Of a DNA stretch of 64,000 nt, positions 12,501-24,318 are shown piece after piece. A model generated the notes under the pieces. The model was not told where the DNA came from. It worked only from the letters and a program-made list of their open reading frames with translations, and searched no databases. Each line of letters begins with the position of its first letter. The first letter of the stretch is position 1. The translations under genes were made by a program, and so were the position numbers. Source of the stretch: Nemertoderma westbladi (taxonomy: Eukaryota; Animalia; Xenacoelomorpha); contig JAUCBJ010003383.1 in NCBI GenBank assembly GCA_032718475.1, forward strand, positions 133,464 through 197,463. Reading direction: 5' to 3'.

Positions 12501-15500
12501 TGAATGTATATGAATAGAAAACTCTTTCATTTTTACAATAATAATATGTAATTCATTCCTTTTTCCACTGGAGAATATATATTATAACATAGAAATTAAT
12601 ACAAATGGGTTTTTTCCATGCCCTTATGTTGCTCATAAATTCCTTATGAGTTCAAATTCTAAGTTTTGAAAAGATTAAGATAAAAAATGATTGAAATATA
12701 TTATCATTTTAATAATTATAAATGGTTTAAAGATGTGAATTAAAGGAACTCAAATATCTTAAATTTTTGTTATTATATTGCAGCTTTATTTTTTCAATAC
12801 TTGAGATTATTAACTTAAAATATGAAAGGCAACAACAAAAAGCTAACTTTTCTTTTGACAACCTAAGCTTTAGCAATAACTTTGGATTGCTATAAATTAA
12901 GGGACTCCATTGGAAACTAGAAATCGAACAGTTTTGAATACCGGCAATTAAAGTTCTCGAATTAAATCCAATTATATTGTGGGTGAACACTATTGTAATT
13001 CCTATGTGGTTTTGATTAAAATGATAACCTTTGAATAGAATGGTTTTCAAACAATATCATTAAATCCCCTTCAGGGATTCCACGGTAAACTAACTCATGT
13101 GTATAAGATAACGCAATCTACCTACAGTCAGTCCAACAAATATATTCAGTTACTTGTAATCCCTTGTGTTGTCGCCGTAGTTTGGGAGCATAACAAGCAT
13201 GGCTGACAGTCACAGACTAACCAAGGGTACTGCGTACCCAACCGTCCAAGCCAGTGGGTGGCTACTTCAATACACACTGCATGGGTTCCTATTATTGCAC
13301 ACCTGGGCATATCCGATGGGCCACAATCGTTGTGTTTTCTGCACTACACAGAATAATAGTTGGTTGTAAATATGAGAACGTAGAGATTAAATTAGCTGTT
13401 TCGAGGTTTAATTAAATGAGATTGTATTAAAAACCACTCCTTAAAATTATTATTCTCTTCAATATAACCATCATATTCGATTTACTAACTTTGCACTATC
13501 GAATAGTTCGAGAGGTATAGAAGTACCGGTAGATGGATTGTTCTATTGTGTAAACTTATTTAAACTGTAATATGTGTAAACAATGTTGCATAACATTACT
13601 AACTACTGAAATTACGCATTTACGATTGTATTAATATATAAAAATGATGTAATATGTAATAGATGTAAAAATAGATATTTATTTGCTGCTAAACCACAAT
13701 ATTTATATTAATGTTACAATAGATTATTTATTTTAGTGTTGCAGAGTGGGGGCAGTTTCCTCGCGTGCGTTACGGATAGGCTCGACCCAGCCCTCTACAA
13801 CGCCGTTATGGATGTTAAAAAATCATCAAAATGGTCAGTTTTATTGAACGGAAATGGACGCGCATTGGACGCCAGACCTGGTAGATTGTTGCCATGGAGC
13901 CAGCCAACAACGGAACGGGGTATGTGTCGACCATTTATTGGTTAATAAATTCCTGAAACAAAATCATTTCTCCTATAATATTATTCGGCGCTTTAGGTAA
14001 ATGGGTACAAGGAGTCAAAAAGAACAAATCGAGTCAAAGGGTACAACAGGAAAGGGTACAACGAGACAAAGGGTACAAACAATTTATTTCCTTTATTGTT
14101 TTGGTTAGGGTTAGTTGGTCAGGCCTCAACCATAATTATAATACCTTGATAAAATTATAGGAATTTTATTTGTTGTAAGTCACTTTTTTAGTCAAAGTCG
14201 TTAACAAGTTTGACATAAAAAGAACACTATGTCAACACAAAAGTAATGTTTCCATGACATTAATAATAATATTTCATTTAATGGATAATCGAGTAAATTT
14301 CTAATACTAGCTAGTTTTTGATAATTCTTTATAAATGCTATAATATTTGTGTTCTAGAACTCTTTTTTTTGTTCTATAACTCTTTTTTTTGTTCTAGAAC
14401 ACATTTTATATTTTTTATACCAGCTAGTTTCTTTTAGTTTTGGTATCGAATAGTTAATATATGGAATAATTTACCTGTTGATATCGTAAACTCGACGAAC
14501 AAAGATATATTTGGTTCGAAGTTAAAAAATGTTAATCTACTGAGGTATTGTAAACTTAACAGAGCTTTGTAAATATATTATACTGTATCAATAGTAGACC
14601 CTATTGTGTGTAATTTTACCTGTAAATAAATATATTAATGCATTAATGCAAATTTTACTTGAGTTTTTATTTTATTGGTGTGTTTTTAATTAGGAAATAT
14701 TCACATTTTTAGTGTTCTACGTAACCTTTGTGCTTTTCTCCCTCTCTAAATATTATACGAGGTGTTTAATAATAATTATAATAATAATAGTTTTTTCCAC
14801 TTTTTTATAAATGTTATAAAACAAGTGTTAGTTATCAATTTGAATAACTATTTCTGTTCTAGAACACATTTTTTTCAAGAACATTTTTTGGAAAAAATTA
14901 CCATACTACTGTCAGAAGGTCAACTATTTGTTCTTGAAAAAAACCTAATGGGCATTAGTGTGGCCTGGGTGCCCACTTTTTCACCAATTTTTTCATGTGA
15001 AAATGATTATTATCGTGAAGTTTTTTGTTCTAGAACAAAAATAAATTTGATCTTCTGACAATAAGATGTGAGAATTTTTATGTATGGTAGCTAGTGTTTT
15101 TTATGGTAGCTAGTGTTTTTAGAAGTGTGTTTTTTCCCTAGGATTCAATTGATGCTAACTCACTTTCTTATTTTTATGACATTTATAAAAAAAAGTTGAA
15201 AAAACTAGCTAGTATAAAAAATAAAAAATATGTTCTAGAACAAAAAAAAGTGTTCTAGAACAAAAATATTTTTCAAAAATGATAACTAACACGTGTTCTA
15301 TAACATTTATTTATAAAAAAAGTTGTAAAATCTATTTTTTAAAGTATAAAAAATATATAATGTGTTCAGGAACAAAAAAAATGTGTTCTAGAACAAAAAA
15401 ATGTGTTCTAGAACAAAAAAATGTGTTCTAGTTCAAAAATATTTATCAAAATTGATAGCTAACACGTGTAAAAACGTTTAAAAAAAATTAGCTATTAATA

Positions 15501-17983
15501 CTTATGCTACAAAAAGTGGGCACCCACTAATGCCACATAATGATAAACGGGTGTAAACGCTACGCCGACAACCGACAGCCGACAACCACTGCCGACAACG
15601 GAAAATATGAAAATGTTACCGGAGTTCGAAACTCTCGCTTACTGTTTTGGTTAGAATAACCTTCCATTGTAACCTGTCCCTTTCCATAATTAATAAATAA
15701 CTTAAATTAGCTTTAATAATGGTTGTCGGTTGTCGACGTAGCCTTTACACCCATGATAAACGCCTTTTTATATAAAAAGAATTTGTCAAACTATGGGTAC
15801 CCAAGGTGTAGTAATGCCTGTATTTCACAATGGAAGAAGCTTCGGTACTAGTGTGTTATGAGTAAACCCCCCCCCCCCCCCCCTCAAATTTTTTTTACTA
15901 GCTAATTTTTTAAATTTATTTTTATGAAATGTTCTAGAACATGAGATATATTTGAAAAAAATAATAAAATGTTCTAGAACAAATATTTTTTGTTCTAGAA
16001 CAAATTTTAAAAAAGCTTACAAATTTTATTTTTTTGTTAGTTATGTTTTATTTAAGGAAAGTGAATTTTCTAGAATAATCGAATTTCTACAGCTAAGATT
16101 TGATTTTCGCCCAACAACTAGCTGAGTTTCGTTGGAAGCTTCTACACAAAGAAAACCCATTTTCTGCTCTGTTGGATTTGATCAGAAAACATTACCCGCT
16201 GTCTGCTAAATATTAAATATTATACAGTATACGTATTCTAAGCATATCATTAATTTCTGAATATAATGACCTCAATACTGTGAATTTTGTTAATTTTAAT
16301 TAGCTATTAAAAAAATACAAGGTACCCCCCCCCCCCCCCCCCCCAGCAACGATTAAAAATTATATGAAACAAATTCTAAATAAAATTTAAAAAAATTATA
16401 TTTTTTGAACTGTTCTAGAACAAAAACTATTTGTTCTAGAACTTTTTTTCTAGTTCTGAATAGTTAGCATGTTCTAGAACATTACTAAAAAATAAAAATA
16501 GTACATTAATTTTTTTAATTTTTTTTAAATTGTTCTAGAACAAAAAATATTTTTTCTAGAACATATATATTTTTTTTTTAATAGCTAACACGTTCTAGAA
16601 CACGTTCATAAAAATAAATAGCAAAAACTAGCTAGTAAAAAAAATTTGAGGGGGGGGGGGGTGGGTGTACCTATAACACACTAGTGCCCTTTTTTTTCCA
16701 CCACTTAAATAGTTATTATGAAATTATAAATAAGTTTATTTCGTGAATTATTTGCCTAGGTATTCATAAAGACACTGTGCAGGATATATATTCTTTCTCT
16801 AAATATATTTTTCAATTAATAATATACACCACTCAGTCACTTAAAAAATATAGCTAATTTTCTGAAAATTTTCGGATTTAACGCAACCCTTACTTATGCA
16901 TGTTGTAATTTTATCAATAATAGTTTATTTTTTGCACTAATATTCTATTTAAATTATATTGTAGTTTCCTAGCAACCTAGCTACCTGTATTATAACTATT
17001 ATTTTAAGTTTTAATTACTGTCTATCATTCTCCAAGCCTTGTAGGCAGGCATTAATACCTTTAGTTATGGCTACATTTATGGAGTTGATTCTCCAGGGAG
17101 CCATTGTTCCTAATGTACATTGCCAAAATCCCTCCCTCTGTCTAAGGCCTCTTCCAGGTTGGGTCCCTTCGATACCTGTTCTATTGGGGTTATTCGGAAA
17201 TCATTCCACGTGTGTCCATTCTGTCCAAAATGTGCGCCAACGCAACAGCTTGGGTCCTTCCCATTAGTTATTTGTGATTTATAGTTCCTTATTCTCTGTT
17301 TAAAGTCCTTTGCCGATCCACAAGCTTGCTTCTTACATACTTTACTGTTCACTAAATACACGACGTTCTTGCTGACACATGTCAGTTCACCTCTTATCCT
17401 ATGATTTCTATATAATTCCCAAGTACTTGAACTAAAAGTCTAATAAATATGATACAATATAATATAATATATATGTCTTATCGTATAATTATATACATTA
17501 GTTTATATAAATTATCTCGAGTATTTCGTTTGTAATACAAATAAAAGTTTTATAATATAAGCCTCATGTGGTACTTTTAGTAAACCCTGCAATCACTATT
17601 CACATTTGTTTCCAGGCATCAGACGATACCTGAATCGTCATGGGTTCCAGGTTCTCCAATGCCAAATGGTTCCCACGGAATACACATTCCTCAACGAGGT
17701 CGTAGTCAAAGGTTACATACGATCAGTAATACCAGAGATACCCGGTCTGCAACACAAACAAGTGGACCAGCTGATTGACGACATATACCAGAGTCAACTC
17801 GATTCAGCCAATAGGAATCATCTTGGTCAAATTGTTTACACAACCTGTAATGTTTATGTCCACGCGATTCGACCTAAACGCGATATATGGCTACTTATAC
17901 TTACATGCGTAGTATTTCCATGTGTTCTAGTTATCTCATTCGCCATTGGTTACTTTAGTAGTGTTGATGCAGATGAATTTTAG
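6425..17983 (+). CDS. JHAMT-like class I SAM-dependent methyltransferase with C-terminal TM helix; join(6425..6548,7466..7665,9620..9686,13737..13919,17616..17983), 313 aa
   Basis: Five exons with GT-AG borders and compatible phases (1,0,1,1) total 942 nt. The protein reads MEKFSTENNNVVSPNNVQQRIVEKFLKNVSELRWGERDVILDIGCGAGSITRRFL...ITAIDHRDNLIDQA...FDI...FTKVTALNGLEWV...VLQSGG...RRYLNRHGF..., which follows the JHAMT family motif order. Confidence 0.88.
6860..7162. repeat. 31-bp G-rich minisatellite, about 10 copies (intron 1)
   Basis: Unit GGGGGACAGGGAGTGGCCATCCCCAGTGGGA, near-identical copies. Confidence 0.97.
7466..7665 (+). CDS. JHAMT-like methyltransferase exon 2 (SAM-binding motif I)
   Basis: Acceptor ...catggttAG. 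Encodes (D)IGCGAGSITRRFLSPVTSASITAIDHRDNLIDQAELTKYAANVLYKCFDISSSPSTVEGWLEGFTK. Donor GTTAG at 7666. Confidence 0.9.
7790..8307. mobile_element. MITE-like remnant with an internal inverted repeat
   Basis: aattcttctgaacaaattt...gagccttttt (about 7907-7951) is mirrored by aaaaaggctc...aaatttgttcagaagaatt (about 7999-8043). It ends ...ctccccacTTAA. Confidence 0.4.
8912..9139 (-). mobile_element. Dispersed repeat with a tRNA-like core inside inverted arms (copy 1)
   Basis: The minus strand has A-box-like TGGTAGCTCAGT and B-box GGTTCGAGCCC, flanked by about 35-bp imperfect inverted arms. A near-identical copy lies at 60371-60592. Confidence 0.8.
9620..9686 (+). CDS. JHAMT-like methyltransferase exon 3
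   Basis: Acceptor ttgatAG. Encodes VTALNGLEWVSNIDGFLDFVYN (the equivalent of JHAMT xFSFYCLHWV). Donor GTAAGT at 9687. Confidence 0.85.
9850..10004 (+). mobile_element. tRNA-derived SINE head and central domain
   Basis: A box TGGTCTAGTGG and B box GGTTCGATTC, then ...CTTTCATCCCTTGGTGGTCAATAAATGAG, which resembles a conserved SINE central domain. It runs directly into the 63-bp array. Confidence 0.7.
10005..11441 (+). repeat. 63-bp tandem array, about 23 copies (intron 3)
   Basis: Unit GGAAGGGTTTACTGTGGAAGATCACCCATGGTGGTGAACAGGCATTCCTTTAGGAAACAGAGT. The later copies alternate between two variants. Confidence 0.97.
13737..13919 (+). CDS. JHAMT-like methyltransferase exon 4
   Basis: Acceptor ttattttAG. 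Encodes (V)LQSGGSFLACV...KKSSKWSVLL...TER (the LxPGG-type motif). Donor GTATGT at 13920. Confidence 0.85.
14951..15534. mobile_element. MITE with GGCATTAGTG termini and internal GTTCTAGAAC motifs
   Basis: GGCATTAGTG..GGGTGCCCACTTTTT at the left and AAAAAGTGGGCACCCACTAATGCC at the right. Confidence 0.65.
15549..15752. mobile_element. Mutator-type MITE (204 bp) with a 9-bp TSD
   Basis: TIRs GGGTGTAAACGCTACGCCGACAACCGACAGCC and GGTTGTCGGTTGTCGACGTAGCCTTTACACCC. Perfect direct repeat ATGATAAAC at 15540-15548 and 15753-15761. Confidence 0.88.
15844..16688. mobile_element. Foldback-like MITE with long TIRs and GTTCTAGAAC motifs
   Basis: GGTACTAGTGTGTTAT...C-run...CTCAAATTTTTTTTACTAGCTA is mirrored by TAGCTAGTAAAAAAAATTTGAG...G-run...ATAACACACTAGTGCC. 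Confidence 0.78.
17070..17420 (-). pseudogene. Penelope-like element GIY-YIG endonuclease fragment
   Basis: Translation ...IRGELTCVSKNVVYLVNSKVCKKQACGSAKDFKQRIRNYKSQI...VGAHFGQNGHTWNDFRITPIEQ... then, after a frameshift, WQCTLGTMAP. This matches the PLE GIY-YIG pattern and is degenerate. Confidence 0.82.
17616..17983 (+). CDS. JHAMT-like methyltransferase exon 5 (last), with TM tail
   Basis: Acceptor tttccAG. Encodes (G)IRRYLNRHGFQVLQCQMVPTEYTF...HAIRPKRDIWLLILTCVVFPCVLVISFAIGYFSSVDADEF*. Confidence 0.87.
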
Positions 17984-18829
17984 TTAATACATTGATGGTG
18001 CTTACTTACAGAACAGATGTGACAAGTGGGTTCATGGAGGATAGATTGAATTGCTGAACGACTCCCGCGGGAAATTTGAATTTAATTTGTTTCAGTATCT
18101 GCTCTAGGCCTACTATATGTACGTTAGTACCATTCAAATCAAATTATGAATATGCGTGTCTAGTAAACTAACATACATAACATTCTTAGGTGATTTTTAC
18201 CGGCAGGGCGGTAGCATCTGTTATGTTATATAGGTTTCTTCCATGTAAGGGAGCGTGTTTGTTTATGCTCTTAAACTACTGGAAACATTGCTTTGAATTT
18301 AGTTCCAATCGGCTAGATTCACCTCAATCTCCAACTTTAAATATTTTTTGTCCATATATAAATGTAGAGCGAATAATTAATTATTCAACATTTCGACGGA
18401 ATCAAAATTCATCCCTTCGCGAGGGGAAATCGACGCAAATAATAACTATTTCTCTCAAAATAAAACTGTAAGCTGTTCTATTTACTTTCGTTTAATGTTT
18501 TGGTTAGAAAAACGTGCCACTGTAACCTACTAATTTAGGGCGGGGAGCGGGGAGGAAAATTCAAAAAATTGAAATTTTTAAGTATATCCTATCTGAATCA
18601 GTATGTAATGGTGATTCCAAATCTAAAGACCGTTTTTCCATATCTTGTTTCGTTCACGAGATATCGTGTGTGAAGTACGGGTAGTCTCTAATGTCGCGAT
18701 ATAAATATAAATATAAATCGTTAAATTGTATTTACCCATGAATGATTTTTTCGCAATGACATTTAATTGTATTAATTCCAACATATGGAGTAAAGATTTG
18801 AAATCAATGAATATATTGTTGCAATAAAT

Positions 18830-20424
18830 TAATAAGATTATTTAATAAAAAGAGTTCATGTTAATCATTAGAGGGGGAGGGGTCGGTGGGCAGGTCTGCA
18901 AGGAACATTGCCGTACGTAACGCTGATATAGCTGGAGGGACGCCGGCGCACGCTCTATAGTGTACCGCACTGTCCGCTGCGGCCCCGCATAAGCGACAGT
19001 GGCACTGTTCAGCTGGACGCCAGCAGCTGGGGGTCGCACAGAGTTTGTGGTGAAAACCGTTTGCGATGAGCTGACCAGCGGTGCGGCGCCGATAGCCAGT
19101 TAGATTAGCCGGGTCTATTTCAGACGTTTCGGGGTCATCTACGACCAACAAGATTGCGGTTGACGAGGCGAATTTGCTAATACCGAACCAGAGTTTCCAA
19201 TAGAAAGCCCAAATTCTATGGTCCAGCTGGTCCAGCTGTGCAATATTATTTTCCGAAGTGAAAACGCTGCATCCGTAGGATATAGAAGGGTAAATGATGG
19301 CAAGCCATAATCGTTTTGCGATCGTCATGGATACAACATTTAATTTAACTTTGGTAGCGAGGCGCATACAGCAGGCAATACCTTTACTATATAAATGGGC
19401 GTAGTAGCCACCGGGGCCATTTTTCGTTGATAGAACGACCCCTAGATATTCGAAGGTGGGTTGGAATTCTATTGGAGTACCGTTATACGTCAATATGTCA
19501 TTGCGGCAGAGTCGACCGCCGTTTCAGAATTTTACTGCTTTTGTTTTCAGTATATTGACTTGTAGGTCGTTGCGGGAGCAATAGTCAGATAATTTATCTA
19601 AACCATCCTGGACTGTATCTATCGAGTCACCGGCTATTACGAGGTCATTAGCGTACATGATTACCCAGCAAGCAACTGCCATAATTGCTGCTGGTAAGTC
19701 GGCGACTAAAAGGCTGAACAATAAGGGGGAGAGTTTATCTCCTTGGACTACCCCTACAGTTTGGCTGATTGGTTCCAGAACGTACGGTCCAATACAAAGA
19801 CATACAAAGTTAATCGCAATTAGCGCCCAAATAACACGTATGAACTTGCTGCTGACACCACAGGCTGATAACTTCTTGCAGAGAGTCTCTCATTTACCGA
19901 GTCGAACGCCTTTGTAAAGTCGACAAATATACAGTATAGATGGCCGCCAGAAGGCGCTATTGCCATGTTGATACGGCTATACAAAGATTTAACGGCCATT
20001 ATTTTGGAGCGGGCCTTCCGAAAACCGTATTGTTGATCGGGTAGAATGCAATTAGCTTCCGCCCACTTGTATAGTCTCGAGCTAATGATTGTGGTGTAAA
20101 CAGGAAAGTAAACAGGAAAGGAGTGCGATACCCCGATAACAGTTAGGGTCGGACTTCGCTCCCTTGCCCTTGTAAAGAGGAATCAAATATACGAGATAAG
20201 CCACTGAACTGGGCAGCTGGCGGTTGAGAAACACAGCGAGAACAGGGCAAGTAGGTATCGGAGAAGGTGCGCCAATCCCCACTTGAGGGATTCGTTAGTG
20301 ATCCCGTCGGGACCAACCGCCTTCTTTCGCTTCTGGTTTTTTACGGCTTCAGTAACTTCGTTTGCATCTATAGGTGCGTCGAGTATGCCATCGGGATTGT
20401 CTGGGATATCAGGGAAGTTTGGGT
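18830..20424 (-). pseudogene. 5'-truncated degenerate non-LTR retrotransposon (reverse transcriptase)
   Basis: Fragments KAVGPDGITNE, IPLYKGKGAKSDPNCYRGIALLS, QQYGFRK, GVVQGDKLSPLLF, MYANDLVI (a mutated YADD), FEYLGV and C-terminal CRLC...HY..C. Several frameshifts and stops. Confidence 0.9.
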
Positions 20425-20444
20425 CGCGTTTTAATTTTAGTTAA

Positions 20445-23417
20445 GGGGGGGGGTATAATAATAGACCATAAATTTTGGACGCTCTAAAGATGCATCTAAA
20501 ATTATTTTTTTGCTAGGAGTCATATTTTGAGTTTTGTGACTAAGGAATTAAAATTTTGGAAAAATTCAAAATTTTTCAAAAAATTTATTTTTTCGCCAAA
20601 ATTTTGCCAAAAAGGCAAAAAATGAAAAAAATGCTAAGGCTTCTAGCCAAATTATCCAAATACTTCAAAACTCACGTGAGAAAGTCAGTAGGACGTCCCA
20701 AACGATTTGCATTGACAAAATTTTGATATCTTGTCGAGAAGAGCAAAAAGCACCAAAAGGGACATTTTTGGTCCAAAAAATGACCAAAATTTCAAAAATT
20801 TGGCCCAATTTTTTGAAAAAATTGAGTTTTTAAAAAAATATCAAAATTTTATCAATGCATTTTGTAAAGGACCCCACAATCATCGATCATGCAAAAAATC
20901 AGCACATTTGGGCCATTTTTGACAGAGCCTTAGCATTTTTCGTTTGAAAAATGCTAATTGGAGAAAAACAGGTTTAAAGTTAAAGTTTGTTTATTTTATT
21001 ATGAAGTTAAATTTTTGAAATTTCGATTAAATGAGATAAACTCAGTGAATTCTAATAAAATTTTTTTCATCTAGTTCCAAATTTTATGTAGATTCCAAAA
21101 ATTGTATTATTATCGCATGTTAATCTTAAGGTCATATTATTTCATATAAAAGACATGTTAAAGGGTGTGAATTTTTTGACAAAATTTGAACAAAAAACTG
21201 AAATCAATAAAAAATAATAATTCAAATTAGGCACTATATTAATATTCATTAATTAAAATCAAATTTAAAAATTTAAAATGAAATTTAAAAAGTTAATTAA
21301 AAGGCCCCAGATTTATATGACTTATGATCGGGTGCTTGCCATTTCTTTGATGGTTTGTGTTCAGTACTTTTCTGTTTACGTTTTAGGTTGACCTTCTTTG
21401 CTCGTTCTGCAAGGTCACCATCATCTTCCTCAAGGCCAAGCTTCTTCAAAATTATCTGTTCTGCTGAACACCCCCGATTGTGAACTAAAACAGTATACGA
21501 AACATGAAACATGAGTGTACTTAGACCCACAAACGTTTCTTTAGATAGACGAGTCCATAGCCGTGAATGCAGAGATTCGTTCGGATTTTGTGTGAGGCCA
21601 GGGATACAGCGTTCCAGAATTTCGCTCGTTGTTAGGCGTTCATAAACAGGTAAAATAAACTTCATGTTTGCCCCTTTTATAAATGTTACATTTTTGTAAC
21701 TTATAGCATTGTTTTTGAATTTACACCACTTATTTTCAGGGCATAACTCATGTTGTTTCTCAACATTATCTCCATAATCACAATAGTGATGTGTTGCAGC
21801 CACGATTTCACTTCGAATCGTGCTTATGAGCACTGATTTTTCAGTCTCTGAGAGTTTATCTATATCAACATCTCCTATATTCTTCACGATCGTATTTCGG
21901 TAATATGACTGCAATTGGTGACATCGACTATCAGTCAACCCTCCCTTGCCTCCAAGTTTATGAGTTTTGCGAGCATTGGAAAGACCTGTATATAGACGCT
22001 TCGCAACGTGGTTCAGGCACTCTTTCTTCTGCACTGTTACATTCTGCTCTCTGTAAGGATCGGACTCCAATATGTTCTTCATAACGCTGCTGTCGCCATC
22101 CGATACCATTGATTGATATATGACACCATTATTTGATAGGGATCTATTGAATAGTTTAACAGCTAAATGAGGTTCCATACCTGAACTGGACCCTGAATAA
22201 TTTATATTACACTCATGATCAGCATTGCCATCTTCTTCTTTGTTGCGGCTACAAATATTACAGTATTTTGAACAAACATCGAAATCAATGACATGTCCTG
22301 TATTTTCGGATATGATAAACGCGGCACCATAAAGTGATTGATGGCCTCTTTTCATCCATGTACCGTCAAAAGATATACATATTTCCCTGTCAATCTCTTT
22401 CATTGCACAATTTTTTGCATTTCCTCGTGCAAGTGATTCCGTGACCTTCGAGATTTCGTTGACATGAAATTGCCAGGCTCTCTTTGCAACAGGAGATGGT
22501 AGTGACATTATTCTAGAAAACGTCTCTGCATCACCATGGGTCCCACCAACACAAAGCCAAGCCAGTACTGCACGAAGATTCACATCCGCTGTTTTTCTTC
22601 CAGGACGAGGTTCAGTTTGAGAAAATTGGTCGCTCGTGAAAGTAGAATATTGCCAATCACAACGTGAACATTTCCCCTCAAAATTGGTACTATAACCACG
22701 ATGTGACTCATTTATCACTACTGTACCGTCACATTGCTTATCATCATGTTTCTCCATTATCAGTTTCTTTATTATTTGCGTTGCTACAACGTTATATCCC
22801 TCCAACTTTCCATCTGAGGGTAGGACATTCAGATTCGATGCTAATAGCGACGGTTCTCGATCTTTTGGCACTACCGGCACCAGTACTGAAATCGATTTCA
22901 TATGCGCGAGGTTCAATGTACCGGTATCTTGTTTCTTGGTTCCTCGAAATCCTGCTTTCCGTTGTTGAGTTATTCGTGGCATACTGTATTATAAAAATTA
23001 TATCGTCAACGATGTATGTACAATTTTCGATTCGAAGATGGAGGACGCTCTATAGTCTGTGTCCGTCAAAACTGCTGATTGCATTGATTGAAACACCAAT
23101 ACAGCATACAGTTAGTAACTAAAACATAACAATGTGCAAATTCTCGTTTTAAACTTCCCGCTAAAATACATTCCAACCTGTAATAACTTATTAGCCAATA
23201 CAATGATTTCAGTGCAACAAGCCGGAAATTTTGTTAATTTTTGTCATTTTTTTCAAATAATTTTCAGGATGCGTGTCTATATAATGAGCCATAACTCGAA
23301 AACTAGACACGCTAGAAATAAACTGTTTACAGATTTGAAATCTCCATAAAATTTGCTACAAGAAACGGGTATAAAATTTTTTTTATATTTTTTGACCCCA
23401 ATTATTATACCCCCCCC
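20445..23417 (-). mobile_element. Kolobok-type DNA transposon, 2973 bp
   Basis: TTAA|G9TATAATAAT at 20441 and ATTATTATAC8|TTAA ending at 23421. A TTAA TSD with GG termini is the Kolobok signature. One transposase ORF inside. Confidence 0.85.
21297..22982 (-). CDS. Kolobok/Mutator-like DDE transposase, 561 aa, uninterrupted
   Basis: Motifs CSRC, ISFDGTWMKRGHQSLYG, SKYCNIC, NYSGSSSGME, SDGDSS, KECLNHVAKR and TQNPNESLHS; C-terminus YKSGAF. Confidence 0.92.
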   Translation of the reverse strand: MPRITQQRKAGFRGTKKQDTGTLNLAHMKSISVLVPVVPKDREPSLLASNLNVLPSDGKLEGYNVVATQIIKKLIMEKHDDKQCDGTVVINESHRGYSTNFEGKCSRCDWQYSTFTSDQFSQTEPRPGRKTADVNLRAVLAWLCVGGTHGDAETFSRIMSLPSPVAKRAWQFHVNEISKVTESLARGNAKNCAMKEIDREICISFDGTWMKRGHQSLYGAAFIISENTGHVIDFDVCSKYCNICSRNKEEDGNADHECNINYSGSSSGMEPHLAVKLFNRSLSNNGVIYQSMVSDGDSSVMKNILESDPYREQNVTVQKKECLNHVAKRLYTGLSNARKTHKLGGKGGLTDSRCHQLQSYYRNTIVKNIGDVDIDKLSETEKSVLISTIRSEIVAATHHYCDYGDNVEKQHELCPENKWCKFKNNAISYKNVTFIKGANMKFILPVYERLTTSEILERCIPGLTQNPNESLHSRLWTRLSKETFVGLSTLMFHVSYTVLVHNRGCSAEQIILKKLGLEEDDGDLAERAKKVNLKRKQKSTEHKPSKKWQAPDHKSYKSGAF

Positions 23418-24318
23418 TTAAAACGCGACTAAATATTTAAAAAGCGAATTAATAGTCGCGTAAAATTTATATAATAAATTTCCGCAATGAACGTGTCTTA
23501 AAAAGGTTTCATACCCACACAAGTTTCATTTTTTATCTTACAGAACTCATTTAGGTCTCATTTGAAAGGGAATTTTTAGGAGAACAAGTTAGTTTACGTT
23601 ACATCCAAAATGTTATATGAATTCGATGGTATTGAGTCGAAAGTCCGAATGAGACGAAGGTCCGAATGGGATGAAGGTCCGAAAGTGGCCGTCTGGATCG
23701 CATTTTTTTCGGACCTTCGTCCTGTTCGGACCTTTGTTCCATTCGGACCTTCGCCCTGGGTGTGTTGGGCCTTCGCGTACGGCCAAGAACTGTACTATAT
23801 AGAAGAAAAGGTTTGTATGGGCCAATGGCAACAAACATTAGTTGTTTATCATCCCCTGACGAAGGTCCGAATAACGAGGACGAAGGTCCGAAATAATGTG
23901 GAAATCTTTCTCACACCGTCATGTGAATTGTTACGGACATGATTTATAAAACTCTCATATTGGCAAACGTAGGCTATTAACAAATTCATTCTGAGCTACA
24001 TGTAATTTAAATTTAAAAACGCTGCTTGGGTAAGCGATCATTTAAACAAGAGCAAGCATAGCCTAAACTGTATGTGACACTGTATTAACGAGGAGCCAAG
24101 CAACTTGCGAGATGCTATGTTTAAATCAATTTTTCAACATAGGCCCCGACTTTCTCCAGATAAACAATATCTAAAACAGCGTCAATTATTTAACTTATTC
24201 TATCTTATGACATTGGTAATAAATTAAATGGAGTAGGCCTACAGACAATTACGACCCGGACTATTATAGCTCAATATCAAGCGAGTTAATGTAATGGAAC
24301 GATGCCTTTCGTGGTGTA

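Noticed and set aside
21297-22982. Classification as Mutator/MULE
   Set aside because: The flanks show a TTAA duplication and short G-rich TIRs rather than a 9-bp TSD, which fits Kolobok.
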